The notes below the pieces were generated by a model. It saw only the letters and a list, made by a program, of their open reading frames with translations. It had not been told where the DNA came from and ran no database searches. A stretch of DNA of 64,000 nt. Source: an uncultured Gammaproteobacteria bacterium. Lineage in GTDB: Bacteria > Patescibacteriota > Patescibacteriia > UBA9934. Position numbers and translations under genes: made by a program. This document shows positions 49,763-60,116 of this stretch, piece by piece (the stretch's first letter is position 1; every line of letters starts with the position of its first letter). Location: contig CAYPWV010000001.1 in the NCBI GenBank assembly GCA_964414795.1, positions 5,221 to 69,220 of the forward strand. The letters are read 5' to 3'.

Positions 49763-50926
49763 TTATCGCAGCGCAAGGAGCGCAACAGGTGCTCGTTTTT
49801 CACTTTCGTATAACGCCGCAGTTTTCTTGACGATATCATCCCAATGATAGTCGGTTTCTACCACTTCTCGAGAGAGGCGACCCAGTGCAGTAGCCTGCAA
49901 AGGATCGCGTACCAAATCAAGAATGGCATGCGCAAGTGCATTGGTGTCTCCCACAGGAAAAGAAACGCCACTTTCTGCCAAGAGCTCCATATTTTCAGGA
50001 ATATCAGAACCTACGACCGCTTTTCCATAACTCATCGCTTCAAGAACAGCGATAGGCAATCCTTCACTTTGCGAAGGATGTGCAACGAATGATGCGCCCA
50101 TAAAGAGTGCCTCAAGCGATTCGCCCGTTTGATATCCCGTCATGACGATGGAGGAATCTGCAGATGCTTGTGCGCGCAATTGTGCAACATAATCATCGGT
50201 AAATGCAGAACCTCCGGCAATAGCGAGTTTCATGTTCTTCATGCGGATCGGATCAAGGTCACGAGCTTTTTGCCATGCAGCAATAAGCGTATGTGCTCCT
50301 TTGTGAGGAACAAGACGTGACACCATAAGCACGTAGCTGTACGGCTGCAAACCAAAGGCATCAAGAAGAATCGGATCAAGAGATACACGACGCGGTGTAA
50401 TACCGTTTGGAATATACGTCGCATCACTCTGCCACATTTCTTGCGTATATTTTGCAAGAGTTTTACTTACCACAATAGTTTTATGAGGGAACGCAAGCGC
50501 AGCCTTTTCTCCCAGCCACAACATAAGGCGCGCAAATGCACCCCACTTGGTATGCTCACGGTCAACACAGTGGAAGGTAACGATCGTTTTTGCGCGTGGT
50601 GCAAAAATACGAGGAAGAAACGCAAAAAGCGCAGGTCCTACACCGTGAAAGTGATACACATCAGGACGCTCAAAAAGAAGCGCATGCATAGTCGACAAAA
50701 ACGTATGGGATGCTGCGTCAGCATGCTTTGTGAAAAGTGAAGGAATACGAATCAAACCGATACCATTAAAAGATGGTCCGATATGCTTTCCTACATACCA
50801 AGGGCGAACATACGTCACGACTTCGTGACCCATGCGCACCAAACGCGTTGCCAATTCGGCAACGTGCGTTTCAATACCGCCAAAGCGGCTTGGAATGCCT
50901 TTTGTACCCAACATTGCGATTTTCAT
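49763..50926 (-). CDS. Glycosyltransferase family 4 / group 1
   Basis: MKIAMLGTKGIPSRFGGIETHV N-terminus (DUF1972-like GT), C-terminal GT1 domain. Confidence 0.8.
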   Translation of the reverse strand: MKIAMLGTKGIPSRFGGIETHVAELATRLVRMGHEVVTYVRPWYVGKHIGPSFNGIGLIRIPSLFTKHADAASHTFLSTMHALLFERPDVYHFHGVGPALFAFLPRIFAPRAKTIVTFHCVDREHTKWGAFARLMLWLGEKAALAFPHKTIVVSKTLAKYTQEMWQSDATYIPNGITPRRVSLDPILLDAFGLQPYSYVLMVSRLVPHKGAHTLIAAWQKARDLDPIRMKNMKLAIAGGSAFTDDYVAQLRAQASADSSIVMTGYQTGESLEALFMGASFVAHPSQSEGLPIAVLEAMSYGKAVVGSDIPENMELLAESGVSFPVGDTNALAHAILDLVRDPLQATALGRLSREVVETDYHWDDIVKKTAALYESEKRAPVALLALR

Positions 50927-51063
50927 AACCAGCCATTTTAGCAAAAATAGGGTATTTTGTCAATGCAAAACATGGCTTGTTTTTAGAGAAAAGGCGCCAT
51001 AAAAAGCGCTTATACTAGCGCTTTTATTAGTTATCCACATGTGTATATTTACAAAGGATGCTT

Positions 51064-52302
51064 CTATTGTATCGCCTCCGTATAGATGCCAAAAAGACCC
51101 TCCCAATGTTTATCCGGATCCCCTACCGCTATCCCTCGTACAGCGGCCTGGAGACGCATCTCTTGCACAGCGGAGGCGTTTTTATCGCCTTCAGAAGCAA
51201 GGAGAAAACGGATGTGTTTCTCCCACACATCAAGCGCATCCGGATGCTCCACAAACCCTGAAATGCCATGCTCCACAATCTCCGATAATCCCCCTTCGCT
51301 GCTCACGATTACGGGAGTTCCCAGCGACAATGACTCAAGCCCAACAAGACCAAAAGGCTCAGGCCACCGCGACGGCACAATAACGCCTGCCGCATGCTTG
51401 ATCATCTCCCAAAGTGCTTGAGGCGTTTGCACAGAAAGTACAGAAAGATTTTTTCTCTTGGCTGCAAGTTTGCGAAGCGGTTCTTCCTGAGCGCCATGAC
51501 CTACACATACAAACGTAACGTCCGGCATACGCACCACCAGCTCCATAAGTACATCAACGCCTTTATACGTTTCAAAACGACTAGCGAAAATAATTTGGGG
51601 GATACGATGTGTTCGTACGGGCGGAACATTTTCCGCCCCTACAGATGCTCCCGATGGCAACGGCAACACACGAATATTCATAGCGCGATACCCCCCATCA
51701 GTGAGTGCTTTTTTTACGGCATGCGATGCGGTGAGAATGTGCGTTACACCTTGCGTCCACATACCACACCTTTTTTGCACACGGACGACCGCATCCACAA
51801 CGCCCGTTGCAAACGCCGAATTTTTTATGCATTTCGTTCTCACCACGTCGCGCCACGACGCGTGCGCAGACAACGGACCCACGCCATCAAACAATCCGTA
51901 ATTTGCGCTGATATATCCGTAATCGTGCGCCGTGAGCACCACGGGAACACCCGCATCTTTTGCAGCACTCAGCACTGACGGCGAGAGATGTGTGTATAGA
52001 TTATGCGCGTGAATGACATCGGGCTTGAACGCAGCAATTATTGCGCGTGTTTTTTTATACGCTTCGTAACTCCAGAGTGTTCTTCCTAATTGTCGCAACG
52101 CCTGTATCCCCTTCCCCACGCCTGAGGTTTCAAGATTGCTTACAAAAAAATGCTCCCACGGTGAAGTATTATTTTCCGGATGATGCATGGCGAGCACGGC
52201 CGTTGCGTGGCCATGTGCATCCGCCAGGCGCATCACATCGTGCATATATCTCCCCACGCCATCGCGTTCGTGGTTGTATTTGTTAATGTGGAGAATGCGC
52301 AT
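51064..52302 (-). CDS. Glycosyltransferase family 4
   Basis: MRILHINKY...GVGRY N-domain, EPFGLVGLESLSLGTPVI C-domain motif. Confidence 0.8.
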   Translation of the reverse strand: MRILHINKYNHERDGVGRYMHDVMRLADAHGHATAVLAMHHPENNTSPWEHFFVSNLETSGVGKGIQALRQLGRTLWSYEAYKKTRAIIAAFKPDVIHAHNLYTHLSPSVLSAAKDAGVPVVLTAHDYGYISANYGLFDGVGPLSAHASWRDVVRTKCIKNSAFATGVVDAVVRVQKRCGMWTQGVTHILTASHAVKKALTDGGYRAMNIRVLPLPSGASVGAENVPPVRTHRIPQIIFASRFETYKGVDVLMELVVRMPDVTFVCVGHGAQEEPLRKLAAKRKNLSVLSVQTPQALWEMIKHAAGVIVPSRWPEPFGLVGLESLSLGTPVIVSSEGGLSEIVEHGISGFVEHPDALDVWEKHIRFLLASEGDKNASAVQEMRLQAAVRGIAVGDPDKHWEGLFGIYTEAIQ

Positions 52303-52304
52303 AG

Positions 52305-52508
52305 GGGAGAGTTTGAAGTTTGGAGTTGGTAGTTTGAAGTGAAAGGATGTTTTTTTTGTTGGATGAAGATGAAAGACAGCAGACTACAGACGACAGATTA
52401 GTGAAGTGATCAGAATCAGATATCTTTCATCTGTCGTCTGCTGTCTGTATTCTGTTATTTCAAAGGAACTACCTTTCACTTCAAACTCTTAACTTATAAC
52501 TTCACACC
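52305..52508. repeat. Family C long palindromic element (full length)
   Basis: Arms AGTTTGAAGTTTGGAGTTGGTAGTTTGAAGTGAAAGGATG / GGAACTACCTTTCACTTCAAACTC. Core GACAGCAGACTACAGACGACAGA / TCTGTCGTCTGCTGTCTG. It starts 3 nt after the GT4 start codon and overlaps the Wzy-like gene stop. Confidence 0.75.
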
Positions 52509-54038
52509 TTCCCCATCATCACTCTTCACCCTCGACACCACAAAGCCACACAACACCCACACATACGGTGCCATGGTGCGGACTTCGAAAAAAGTGGCGA
52601 GGAAGGCGTTGAGGGAAAAAGCAACGAGAATTGCTGCCGTGGCTCCGGCAACGGCGCGAATGTCTTTATCTTCGTGATGGAGTGCGGTATGCACACACAA
52701 TAAAAACAAACTGATATAAAACCACAGAAAAGCGCCTAGTCCGATAATTCCAAGCTCGCCCCACAAACTCAACCAATTGTTATCAATATATCCGCCGGTT
52801 CCGTACACACCAAAAGGCAAACTTAAGCGATCGTACACGAGTGTATTCCCCAGTGCCGCAGCCGCACCACCTCCATACTGTCCAGGACCCACACCAAACA
52901 ACGGCGATGACGGCACCACGGTAAGCACGGTTTCCACAACCCAATAGAGGCGACCAAACCCGACATATTCCCCCCGCCAACGTTCGTAAGAAAATGCTTC
53001 AAAGAAACGTTCCGCAACCGTCTGCTCCGGAGTATCGGTAAGCGTGTTTACGAGAAGATTGCTGCCGAAGATGTAGGCCGCTAAAAGAAACGGTGCGATC
53101 ATTGCACACCACAACACGCGCTTATCTTTTTTAAGGAAAATGGCGTAGAAAAGAAAAGCGAGCAAAAATCCAAACCATGCAGAACGCGAATACGTTAACA
53201 CGAGCACAGGAATACCTAGCGCAAGAAGAACCATGCACGCTATTTTTGCCTGCTTTCCTAAACGCTTATCGTATAAAAAGGCAATGGTGAGCAAAAATAC
53301 GAGCGCCAAAAAAATACCCAACTGATCGTAACGCCCCATGGTGCCAAACACACGCTGCCCAGGATCCCAAAATTGATCGGTGCCTTCGGTGAGTTGGATG
53401 TTGCCGAGTGTTCTACGTTCTGAGGGGAGCAAAAAAGCATCGAATGATCCACCAGCAATAGCCTGCAATCCACCGATGGCAACTTGGATGCCCGCAACGG
53501 TTATCAAAATAATCAACAGTGATTTCATCCATTGTTTTGAAGGGGCAAGTTGCACTACGACAAAAAACAAAAGTAAGAAACGAATAAGCTGCCGCGCGCC
53601 AAGGAGCGCAATTGCCGGATCAATAACGTTCACCACAACAGACGCAACAATGGCTACCAAAAAAAAGAAAAATGGTGCATCAAGTGCTGAACGCTTCCAT
53701 TTCTTCTCATGCCAAAACATGTGCAAGAGCACTGACGCTACAAGCATGTACACCACAAGCTCAGAACCATAGCGCGCAAGGACATACACTTCATCGGGAA
53801 TCCACTTCAAAATAAACGGCTCAAACGGCAAATACGCAAGCAATCCCAAAAGCACCTGCTGCGGACGCCACCAGGCAAGTGCAATAAGCGCAACTCCTGC
53901 CGTAAGCGCAATCGTTACTGCGGGAGACGTGAATAACGACAAAAATAATGCACCGCCCACAATGGCAAATAGCACGATCATGGCAATGCGTGCCTTGGTA
54001 TCTGCAAGAAGGATATGAAGGTGAAGATGTTGCCGCAT
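52494..54038 (-). CDS. O-antigen ligase/polymerase family (Wzy-like) membrane protein
   Basis: About 12 TM helices. LTYSRSAWFGFLLAF motif is typical of the Wzy_C / O-antigen ligase domain. Confidence 0.65.
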   Translation of the reverse strand: MRQHLHLHILLADTKARIAMIVLFAIVGGALFLSLFTSPAVTIALTAGVALIALAWWRPQQVLLGLLAYLPFEPFILKWIPDEVYVLARYGSELVVYMLVASVLLHMFWHEKKWKRSALDAPFFFFLVAIVASVVVNVIDPAIALLGARQLIRFLLLFFVVVQLAPSKQWMKSLLIILITVAGIQVAIGGLQAIAGGSFDAFLLPSERRTLGNIQLTEGTDQFWDPGQRVFGTMGRYDQLGIFLALVFLLTIAFLYDKRLGKQAKIACMVLLALGIPVLVLTYSRSAWFGFLLAFLFYAIFLKKDKRVLWCAMIAPFLLAAYIFGSNLLVNTLTDTPEQTVAERFFEAFSYERWRGEYVGFGRLYWVVETVLTVVPSSPLFGVGPGQYGGGAAAALGNTLVYDRLSLPFGVYGTGGYIDNNWLSLWGELGIIGLGAFLWFYISLFLLCVHTALHHEDKDIRAVAGATAAILVAFSLNAFLATFFEVRTMAPYVWVLCGFVVSRVKSDDGEGVKL

Positions 54039-54053
54039 AGGATTAAGAACTTC

Positions 54054-54692
54054 TTATTCCTCATGCACAATGCGGTGTTGGCGGCGGATGCGGTCGGCTT
54101 GGATGAGGACGTATCCTGCGCCGGCAATCAATCCAAGAAATAATCCGGAAAAAGCGTTTACTAAAATATTTGGGCGCACGGGATAACGTGAATTTACAGG
54201 ATCATCAATAACCTGCACAGAAATATCTCCCGTTGCGTAGCGCCAACCGTCGGTAACGTACACATATGCCACTGCAGAAGCGAGTGCTTCGGCCTCTTTT
54301 GGATCGGTGTGGTATGCGTGAATGGTCATGATGCCGCTGCCACGCGTAACGGATGTAGTAACCGTTTTCTCCCACTTCTTTTGAAATTTTAAAATATCTT
54401 CGGGAAAATAATCGCGATCAACGCCATAGCCCGCGTTAAATACCGCCGCATACACGGATGATGTACTTAACAGCGTAGCAAGTTGATCAGCCGCTGACTC
54501 TGCGCTCCGGCTTGCCGTGTAGGGATCAACGCCTTCTACTTTTGGCGTGATGAGAATTTTTGTTGTTGAACTGTATTCGAGCGGTTGCACCAACGAAACC
54601 ACCACCGCAAGCGCAAGGCTGATTGCAGAAAATACCAAGACCGTTGGCCACGCGCGGAGAATGGTTGTGAGTTGAGGAGCTGAGGAAGACAT
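54054..54692 (-). CDS. Polysaccharide chain-length determinant (Wzz-like) protein
   Basis: N-terminal TM, periplasmic domain, C-terminal TM (LFLGLIAGAGYVLI). Wzz architecture. Confidence 0.6.
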   Translation of the reverse strand: MSSSAPQLTTILRAWPTVLVFSAISLALAVVVSLVQPLEYSSTTKILITPKVEGVDPYTASRSAESAADQLATLLSTSSVYAAVFNAGYGVDRDYFPEDILKFQKKWEKTVTTSVTRGSGIMTIHAYHTDPKEAEALASAVAYVYVTDGWRYATGDISVQVIDDPVNSRYPVRPNILVNAFSGLFLGLIAGAGYVLIQADRIRRQHRIVHEE

Positions 54693-54705
54693 AGGGTGAG
54701 CGTAT

Positions 54706-55830
54706 TTAGTATACCAGCTCTTCCCATGTACCTAACGTTACGCTCATGTCTTTTACTTCCCCGCCGCGGGCAACTTGCAGAGTGACTTCTTGGCCAGGGG
54801 CGTACGTGGCAAGAATATCTGCGCACGTAACGGTTCGCGTAATACGCGTGTCATCCAAAGAAAGAATGATGTCGCCATTTGTTAAACCTGCACGATCTGC
54901 AGGACCATCTTTTACCACCGCGCTTCGCTCCCCTGCTTGCGCGATAACGAGTGCGCCCTCGGTGTACCCTTGTGTGAGCTCTGGATCGAGAGAAGAAATA
55001 CGCGAAAGATCCGCAAGAGAAACGCCGAGTGCGGCGTGGGCAATAGGCGACCCACGAAGTGCTTGTTTTACAAACGGACGAAGAGCTTGCGCAGGAATAA
55101 CGGTTCCGTCTTCTTCAACAAAACCAAACAGCCGTGTTTGCGAGGTAAGAAACGGTGTTCCGGGAGATGCCTCTTGCGCAATACGCCATACGGCACTTGG
55201 CTCTTCTGCAGAAACAATGCCATCCACACTTTGCATATCACGACTGACGACCGACGATGCATAAACCTCTCCTAAACTTCCTACACCAAAGATAGGAGCC
55301 CCAAGAAAGATCTCATCGCTTGCCGCAAGCTCAACCGGAGTCCAGCCTTGCGCATCTTGCACATGTATTGCAACCGCATCTGTTTGCGTATCTTCCACTA
55401 CCTTATCAGGAATAAACATTTCGCTTCCTCGCATCACCGAAAAACCGGTGTATCCGCCTTTTTTATCTGCATACCGCGCAAGCTGTGCACGTGTTGTGAG
55501 CATCCATCCATCCGCACTTACAACGACTCCTTCACCGTACACAAAATCATCTCCGAAAAGAAAAGGGCTTTGCGTTGCGTACGGGGTATCTACATCAACT
55601 ACATACACCACCGAATTCAAAACGGTTTCTTGTACTGCAGCAAGTGATTCTTCGAGCGTTGTGGGATTGAGTGCATGTTTTAAGGGAGTAAGTACCGCAA
55701 AGCGCCGATCATCTAAAAGAGATGCCGCATAGCGCTCGAGTGAATTACTCACAAGTACCGCCGAAGCCGTTCCTGCAAGCGCGGCTGCGAGAAGGGTGAG
55801 AAGAAAGATGAAGGGAAACTTTTTTTCCAT
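54706..55830 (-). CDS. Trypsin-like/PDZ (HtrA-like) secreted protein, possibly catalytically degenerate
   Basis: Signal peptide, trypsin-like fold segments and a C-terminal PDZ-like region (GLTNGDIILSLDDTRI). I could not identify the canonical GNSGGPL motif. Confidence 0.45.
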   Translation of the reverse strand: MEKKFPFIFLLTLLAAALAGTASAVLVSNSLERYAASLLDDRRFAVLTPLKHALNPTTLEESLAAVQETVLNSVVYVVDVDTPYATQSPFLFGDDFVYGEGVVVSADGWMLTTRAQLARYADKKGGYTGFSVMRGSEMFIPDKVVEDTQTDAVAIHVQDAQGWTPVELAASDEIFLGAPIFGVGSLGEVYASSVVSRDMQSVDGIVSAEEPSAVWRIAQEASPGTPFLTSQTRLFGFVEEDGTVIPAQALRPFVKQALRGSPIAHAALGVSLADLSRISSLDPELTQGYTEGALVIAQAGERSAVVKDGPADRAGLTNGDIILSLDDTRITRTVTCADILATYAPGQEVTLQVARGGEVKDMSVTLGTWEELVY

Positions 55831-55837
55831 ATTTGAT

Positions 55838-55919
55838 CGTCATGCCGGACACCCACCTCCGCTAAAGCTACGGTTGGGCAGGCCGATTCGGCATCTTTGA
55901 TTTTTAACTAATTTTTCTT
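55838..55919. repeat. Family A element, left part, disrupted by the IS insertion (right part at 57894-57933)
   Basis: CGTCATGCCGGAC...TTTTTAAC...TTTTTCTT on the left; TTTTTCTT-TATGCGATGGATCCCGGGTCAAGCCCGGGATGAC on the right. Confidence 0.7.
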
Positions 55920-55966
55920 GGAGACTATCCCTTGACAGCACCTATACCACGTGTTAATATAGTGGC

Positions 55967-56824
55967 ATGAAAACGCTGACTACAAGAGAATTCAATAAGA
56001 AATATACCAATGACGACGCTTGTCTTCAAGCTATTTTTGTAGCTCGATACGGTGGAGAAATATGTCCTTTCTGTCATAAGGAAGCGAATTTTTATAAATT
56101 AAATGGGCGAAAATGTTATCTCTGTTCTGTTTGCAAAGAGCATATTTATCCGTTGGCGGATACCATTTTTCACAAATCAGACACTCCTCTTAGAAGTTGG
56201 TTTGAAGCTATTTATAAGTTTGCCAATAGCCGTAATGGTGTAGCCGCTACCGAACTACAACGTGATCTTGGAGTGACCTATAAATGTGCATGGCGTATGG
56301 CGCGACAAATTCGTTTGCTATTTGAAACGAATAATCTTTTCCTGTCTGGCACGGTCGAAGCAGATGAGACATATGTCGGCGGCAAGCGGCGTGGTATTCG
56401 TGGTCGTGGTGCGAATGGTAAAACTCCGGTGTTCGGTATTGTAAAGCGCGGCGGTGAAGTCTTTGCTAAAACTGTGTCAAACGTGAAGGCATCAACTGTC
56501 ATGCCGTTAATCCGTAAGAATGTAAAGATTGGTACAACCGTAATGACGGACGAGTTCGGTATCTACAACAATACGAGACAATCCGGATACAGACATGAGC
56601 GTGTCAACCACGGAGCTAGGGAATACGTCCGTGGCGAAGTTCACACTAATACGATCGAAGGCTTCTGGTCACAGATGAAGCGGTCAATAGACGGTACACA
56701 CCACTCTGTAAGTTCTAAGCACCTCCAACACTACGTCGATGAATTCGCTTTTCGCTATAACCATCGGAACGCTTCATCTTTCCTTTTTGATCTGATGCTC
56801 GAACGGGCTGTGCAGCGATTTTAA
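55967..56824 (+). CDS. IS1595/ISXO2-like DDE transposase
   Basis: N-terminal Zn-ribbon (CPFCHK...CSVCKE), ISXO2-like core (EADETYVGGKRRG...GIVKRGGEV...MTDEFGIYN...HERVNHGAREYVRGEVHTNTIEGFWSQMKR). Confidence 0.9.
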   Translation: MKTLTTREFNKKYTNDDACLQAIFVARYGGEICPFCHKEANFYKLNGRKCYLCSVCKEHIYPLADTIFHKSDTPLRSWFEAIYKFANSRNGVAATELQRDLGVTYKCAWRMARQIRLLFETNNLFLSGTVEADETYVGGKRRGIRGRGANGKTPVFGIVKRGGEVFAKTVSNVKASTVMPLIRKNVKIGTTVMTDEFGIYNNTRQSGYRHERVNHGAREYVRGEVHTNTIEGFWSQMKRSIDGTHHSVSSKHLQHYVDEFAFRYNHRNASSFLFDLMLERAVQRF

Positions 56825-56896
56825 TAATCGCATCAAAATCTTCGACAGTTATAGCCTTATTTTTAGCGGGTTTATTTTTCATATCTTAATAATACA

Positions 56897-57856
56897 CTAA
56901 TCTTCTACAGTTTTGGTATTCTTCATTTCGATCTCTTTTTCACTTTCGACCCTTTGCTGTCTTAGAGAGGGTTGATTTAATGTTTCAATTATCTTTATCG
57001 CCGGTGTGACAATGGCTATACCCATGTTGACATTTTTTTCTTCCTCTTTTTTCGCATCTTCATCAGAAGGTAAATTATCAATCGCATCTTCAGAAGTCGG
57101 ATAATGCCCATGGATTAAACCTCCTAACCAAAATGGTCTCCCTCCTACATATGTCGTTCCGTTCTTTTGATTCGGTTCTTGAAAAAAAACAGGAGATCCA
57201 CTGATTCCGCCGATTGACCTCGCTTCTATAAGATACGCATCAATCTCACCATAGCTGGAAGTTTTTATTTTTTCTTGGGAGAGCATCGCGACATTTCCGG
57301 TTCTGACAATGGGAAGATTCTTCTTTTGTCCGTAGTGTCTACTAAATAAACCGGTAATGAATACCTCATTTCCTATCCCGATTTTACCATCTTTAATATG
57401 CTCCTCTGTTAATAACATCTCAATAGGAATCGTCATAACGTCATGTCTCTCTCTATCAAGAGAAAAAGGAATAACTACAACATCAGCGGGATTGTTATCG
57501 TGATCCGGATGCTCGAACCAATCCGCTGAACCCCCTAAACTAACGATATCTTTTCCTCCGTCGTGTGTATTTATGCTAATTCTTAAATTATCCAGCCCAT
57601 ACTTTTTTACTTTTGCGATGTTATGATGAGCAGTAACTAAGTAAATGAAGCCAAGATTTTTATTTACATCTGAAGGAATGGAAACTAAGAATCCCGTTCC
57701 ACCAAAATGACAACTTTTTACATTTTTCTCATCAGTTTGTTCGATCCCGATAAAGACAACACACTTTAAAACTTCATCCGGTATGAACATATTCCAATCT
57801 TTTGGCGGACTTAGATAATAGCGGACAACGCCGCCTAAACGGGTGTCGCTAATCAT
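56897..57856 (-). CDS. Cytoplasmic trypsin-like serine peptidase (S1, Trypsin_2-like), passenger gene of the IS
   Basis: Catalytic His (YLVTAHHN), Asp (NPADVVVIPF), Ser (GGISGSPVF). No signal peptide or TM seen. Confidence 0.7.
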   Translation of the reverse strand: MISDTRLGGVVRYYLSPPKDWNMFIPDEVLKCVVFIGIEQTDEKNVKSCHFGGTGFLVSIPSDVNKNLGFIYLVTAHHNIAKVKKYGLDNLRISINTHDGGKDIVSLGGSADWFEHPDHDNNPADVVVIPFSLDRERHDVMTIPIEMLLTEEHIKDGKIGIGNEVFITGLFSRHYGQKKNLPIVRTGNVAMLSQEKIKTSSYGEIDAYLIEARSIGGISGSPVFFQEPNQKNGTTYVGGRPFWLGGLIHGHYPTSEDAIDNLPSDEDAKKEEEKNVNMGIAIVTPAIKIIETLNQPSLRQQRVESEKEIEMKNTKTVED

Positions 57857-57943
57857 ATCGTTCGTATTGAGGTGCTGTCAAGGGATAGTCGCCTTTTTCT
57901 TTATGCGATGGATCCCGGGTCAAGCCCGGGATGACAGGACTTA

Positions 57944-58720
57944 TTAGCGCCACGGCGTAGTGAGAAATAACAGCAGCAGAAGCGCTCCTGCAAAAAGACT
58001 ATGACGCAACAACAATCGACGATGCACTTTTTGAAATGCGTGCGCACGCATAATGCCTAAGTACCATGCAGCGCATACTGCGAACACTGCAGCATTGGTA
58101 GTATATCCTGTTGGCAACCATGAACACGCAACGTAAATCTCGGTAAGGAGCAACGCACCAATACCTGCGTACATCCTTCCGGCCTCCCAGCTAATTTTAC
58201 TTACCCAAAATACCGCAACAAACACCGCAAACGTTATGAGCGCCATCACGAGCGCCATTGCCCACACCGGTGCTTCCAAAAATACTTGTGCGAGATACGT
58301 TGCGCTTGTGGTAAAAAACAATCCCCCTACCGCAAGCATGAGTGAAAGATATTCAAGCGAATAGGCTTGGTAGGTGCGTGGAAGATGATAAAAAGCAAAA
58401 ATATTTTCTGCAAAAAGTGCGAGACCGAGCGTTACCGCTCCGGCAAGAACCCATTTTGTTCCATCGCTTTCTAGGAGGAGAAAAAATGCGAGTGAAGACA
58501 AGAGGAGAAAAAGAGGCATGCCGAGAAATACCCAAAACCCTGTTCTCCGCACATCCCATACTAACAATCTTGCAAAGAGCAAAAGGATAAGACCGAAACA
58601 GATAAGCGCAGGGATGCCCCACGTAAACGGCGCAATAATAAGCACGATGAATCCCGCTGCGGCAAGGAACGCAATGGCAAACGGGGTAAGACGATGAAGA
58701 AAAATCACAGCGTAAGCCAA
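57944..58720 (-). CDS. Polytopic membrane protein, unknown function
   Basis: 258 aa, about 8 TM helices. Confidence 0.4.
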   Translation of the reverse strand: MAYAVIFLHRLTPFAIAFLAAAGFIVLIIAPFTWGIPALICFGLILLLFARLLVWDVRRTGFWVFLGMPLFLLLSSLAFFLLLESDGTKWVLAGAVTLGLALFAENIFAFYHLPRTYQAYSLEYLSLMLAVGGLFFTTSATYLAQVFLEAPVWAMALVMALITFAVFVAVFWVSKISWEAGRMYAGIGALLLTEIYVACSWLPTGYTTNAAVFAVCAAWYLGIMRAHAFQKVHRRLLLRHSLFAGALLLLLFLTTPWR

Positions 58721-59088
58721 GAATATTGAATATGTAACGCTTGCAAACGTAATTCTCCATCCTCCCTCTCTCCTGCAGCAAGTTTGCCAAATGCACCCAC
58801 AAGACCGATATGAATATCTTTCATGCTGGAGGGAATGCGGGTGATGTAGAGCAAGGTATCGTACGCCGCACTTGCATCGTGATCGGTATCATACGTATGC
58901 AAAACCACACGCACGGCGTTTTGATATTCTTCTTCACTTTGGGCAGGCTGCGAAGCATCCACCGCTTCTGCCGGAATACGATTTCCGGAACGTTCTTCTG
59001 CCTGGCGATGATATACCACCGCAACGCCCAGAAGAACGAGGAGCGTAATGCCGCTTGCAATGACAGGAAACCAATGGCGGGTAATCAT
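58705..59088 (-). CDS. Membrane-anchored hypothetical protein (127 aa)
   Basis: Single N-terminal TM. Confidence 0.35.
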   Translation of the reverse strand: MITRHWFPVIASGITLLVLLGVAVVYHRQAEERSGNRIPAEAVDASQPAQSEEEYQNAVRVVLHTYDTDHDASAAYDTLLYITRIPSSMKDIHIGLVGAFGKLAAGEREDGELRLQALHIQYSWLTL

Positions 59089-59090
59089 AG

Positions 59091-60116
59091 TTATAATATC
59101 TTAATTTCTTCCGCAAATACCATTCCCGCGTTTGCGAGAGGGATGGCGAGAATTGCACCAGGAATTCCTCCCAGCGTCCAGCCGATAAGCACGGCAAGCA
59201 AGCTAAGAAGCGGATTCATGCCCGTTGCGTGCTGCATGATTTTTGGCACAAGCATATGCCCTTCAACACCTTGAATAAGGAAGTATGCCGCCGCAACGAT
59301 AATTGCATGCACCGGGGAAAGCGAAAGAGCGAGCATAACTGCGGGAACTGCAGAAAACAACGGACCGATAAAGGGAATGACTTCAAGTGTTCCTGCAAGG
59401 AGTGCGAGAATGAGCGCATACGGCACACCAATAAGTGAAAGCGCGATATACGTCAGCACAAAAATAACGCCCATGAGCATGAGCTGGCCCCGAAGCCACG
59501 CACCCAACCGATTGCGCAACTTAATCGTTAACTGATTGATAAACGGATGATATTCGGCAGGAGCAATACGAGAAACGGAAGAAACGATGGCTTGTTTTTC
59601 TGCAACAAAATAGTATGCAAGGATGAGCAGAACCGCGATAGCTGCAAACACGCCAATTGCAGAAGAACCTACACCAAAAATTTGTGGCAACGCCGCAGAT
59701 ACGCCTGCACCGCGCAATGTTGTTACAAACGATGTAATCCAGGCAAGCCCATCTTCATGAAACGATGCGGCGAGTACGCTGCCTGTCGCTTGATCGATAT
59801 AGGGAGCAAACAACGGGATAATATTTCCAAATTCAGCAAGTGCGGGAGGCAGAACTACGTAGAGCAATCCTCCTAAAAGAAGGATGGCGAGAACATACAC
59901 GATGAGCGCGGCAATGCTCCGAGGCATGCGCTTGCGTTCGAGCATGTCGGCAAAGGGTTCCATGAGTACCGCTAAAAACAATGCACCTGTTACCAGCAAA
60001 ATAACATCGCGAATGGCAAATGCAAACCACACTGCTGCACATACAAAAAGCACACGGAATATGGTTCCGGTTGAAATAGCTGTTTGCGTTATGCTCCGTT
60101 TTGAAGAATCCCGCAT
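59091..60116 (-). CDS. AI-2E family transporter (PerM/UPF0118)
   Basis: AGTLEVIPFIGPLFSAVPAVMLAL...IQGVEGHMLVPKIM motif. Start uncertain (60116, 60173 or 60197). Confidence 0.75.
   Translation of the reverse strand: MRDSSKRSITQTAISTGTIFRVLFVCAAVWFAFAIRDVILLVTGALFLAVLMEPFADMLERKRMPRSIAALIVYVLAILLLGGLLYVVLPPALAEFGNIIPLFAPYIDQATGSVLAASFHEDGLAWITSFVTTLRGAGVSAALPQIFGVGSSAIGVFAAIAVLLILAYYFVAEKQAIVSSVSRIAPAEYHPFINQLTIKLRNRLGAWLRGQLMLMGVIFVLTYIALSLIGVPYALILALLAGTLEVIPFIGPLFSAVPAVMLALSLSPVHAIIVAAAYFLIQGVEGHMLVPKIMQHATGMNPLLSLLAVLIGWTLGGIPGAILAIPLANAGMVFAEEIKIL

Larger units (their letters stand above)
55920..57893 (+). mobile_element. IS1595-family insertion sequence (1974 bp) carrying a passenger gene
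   Basis: Terminal inverted repeats GGAGACTATCCCTTGACAGCACCT / rc GGCGACTATCCCTTGACAGCACCT (23 of 24 positions match). Perfect 8-bp direct repeat TTTTTCTT at 55912-55919 and 57894-57901. AT-rich. Confidence 0.85.
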
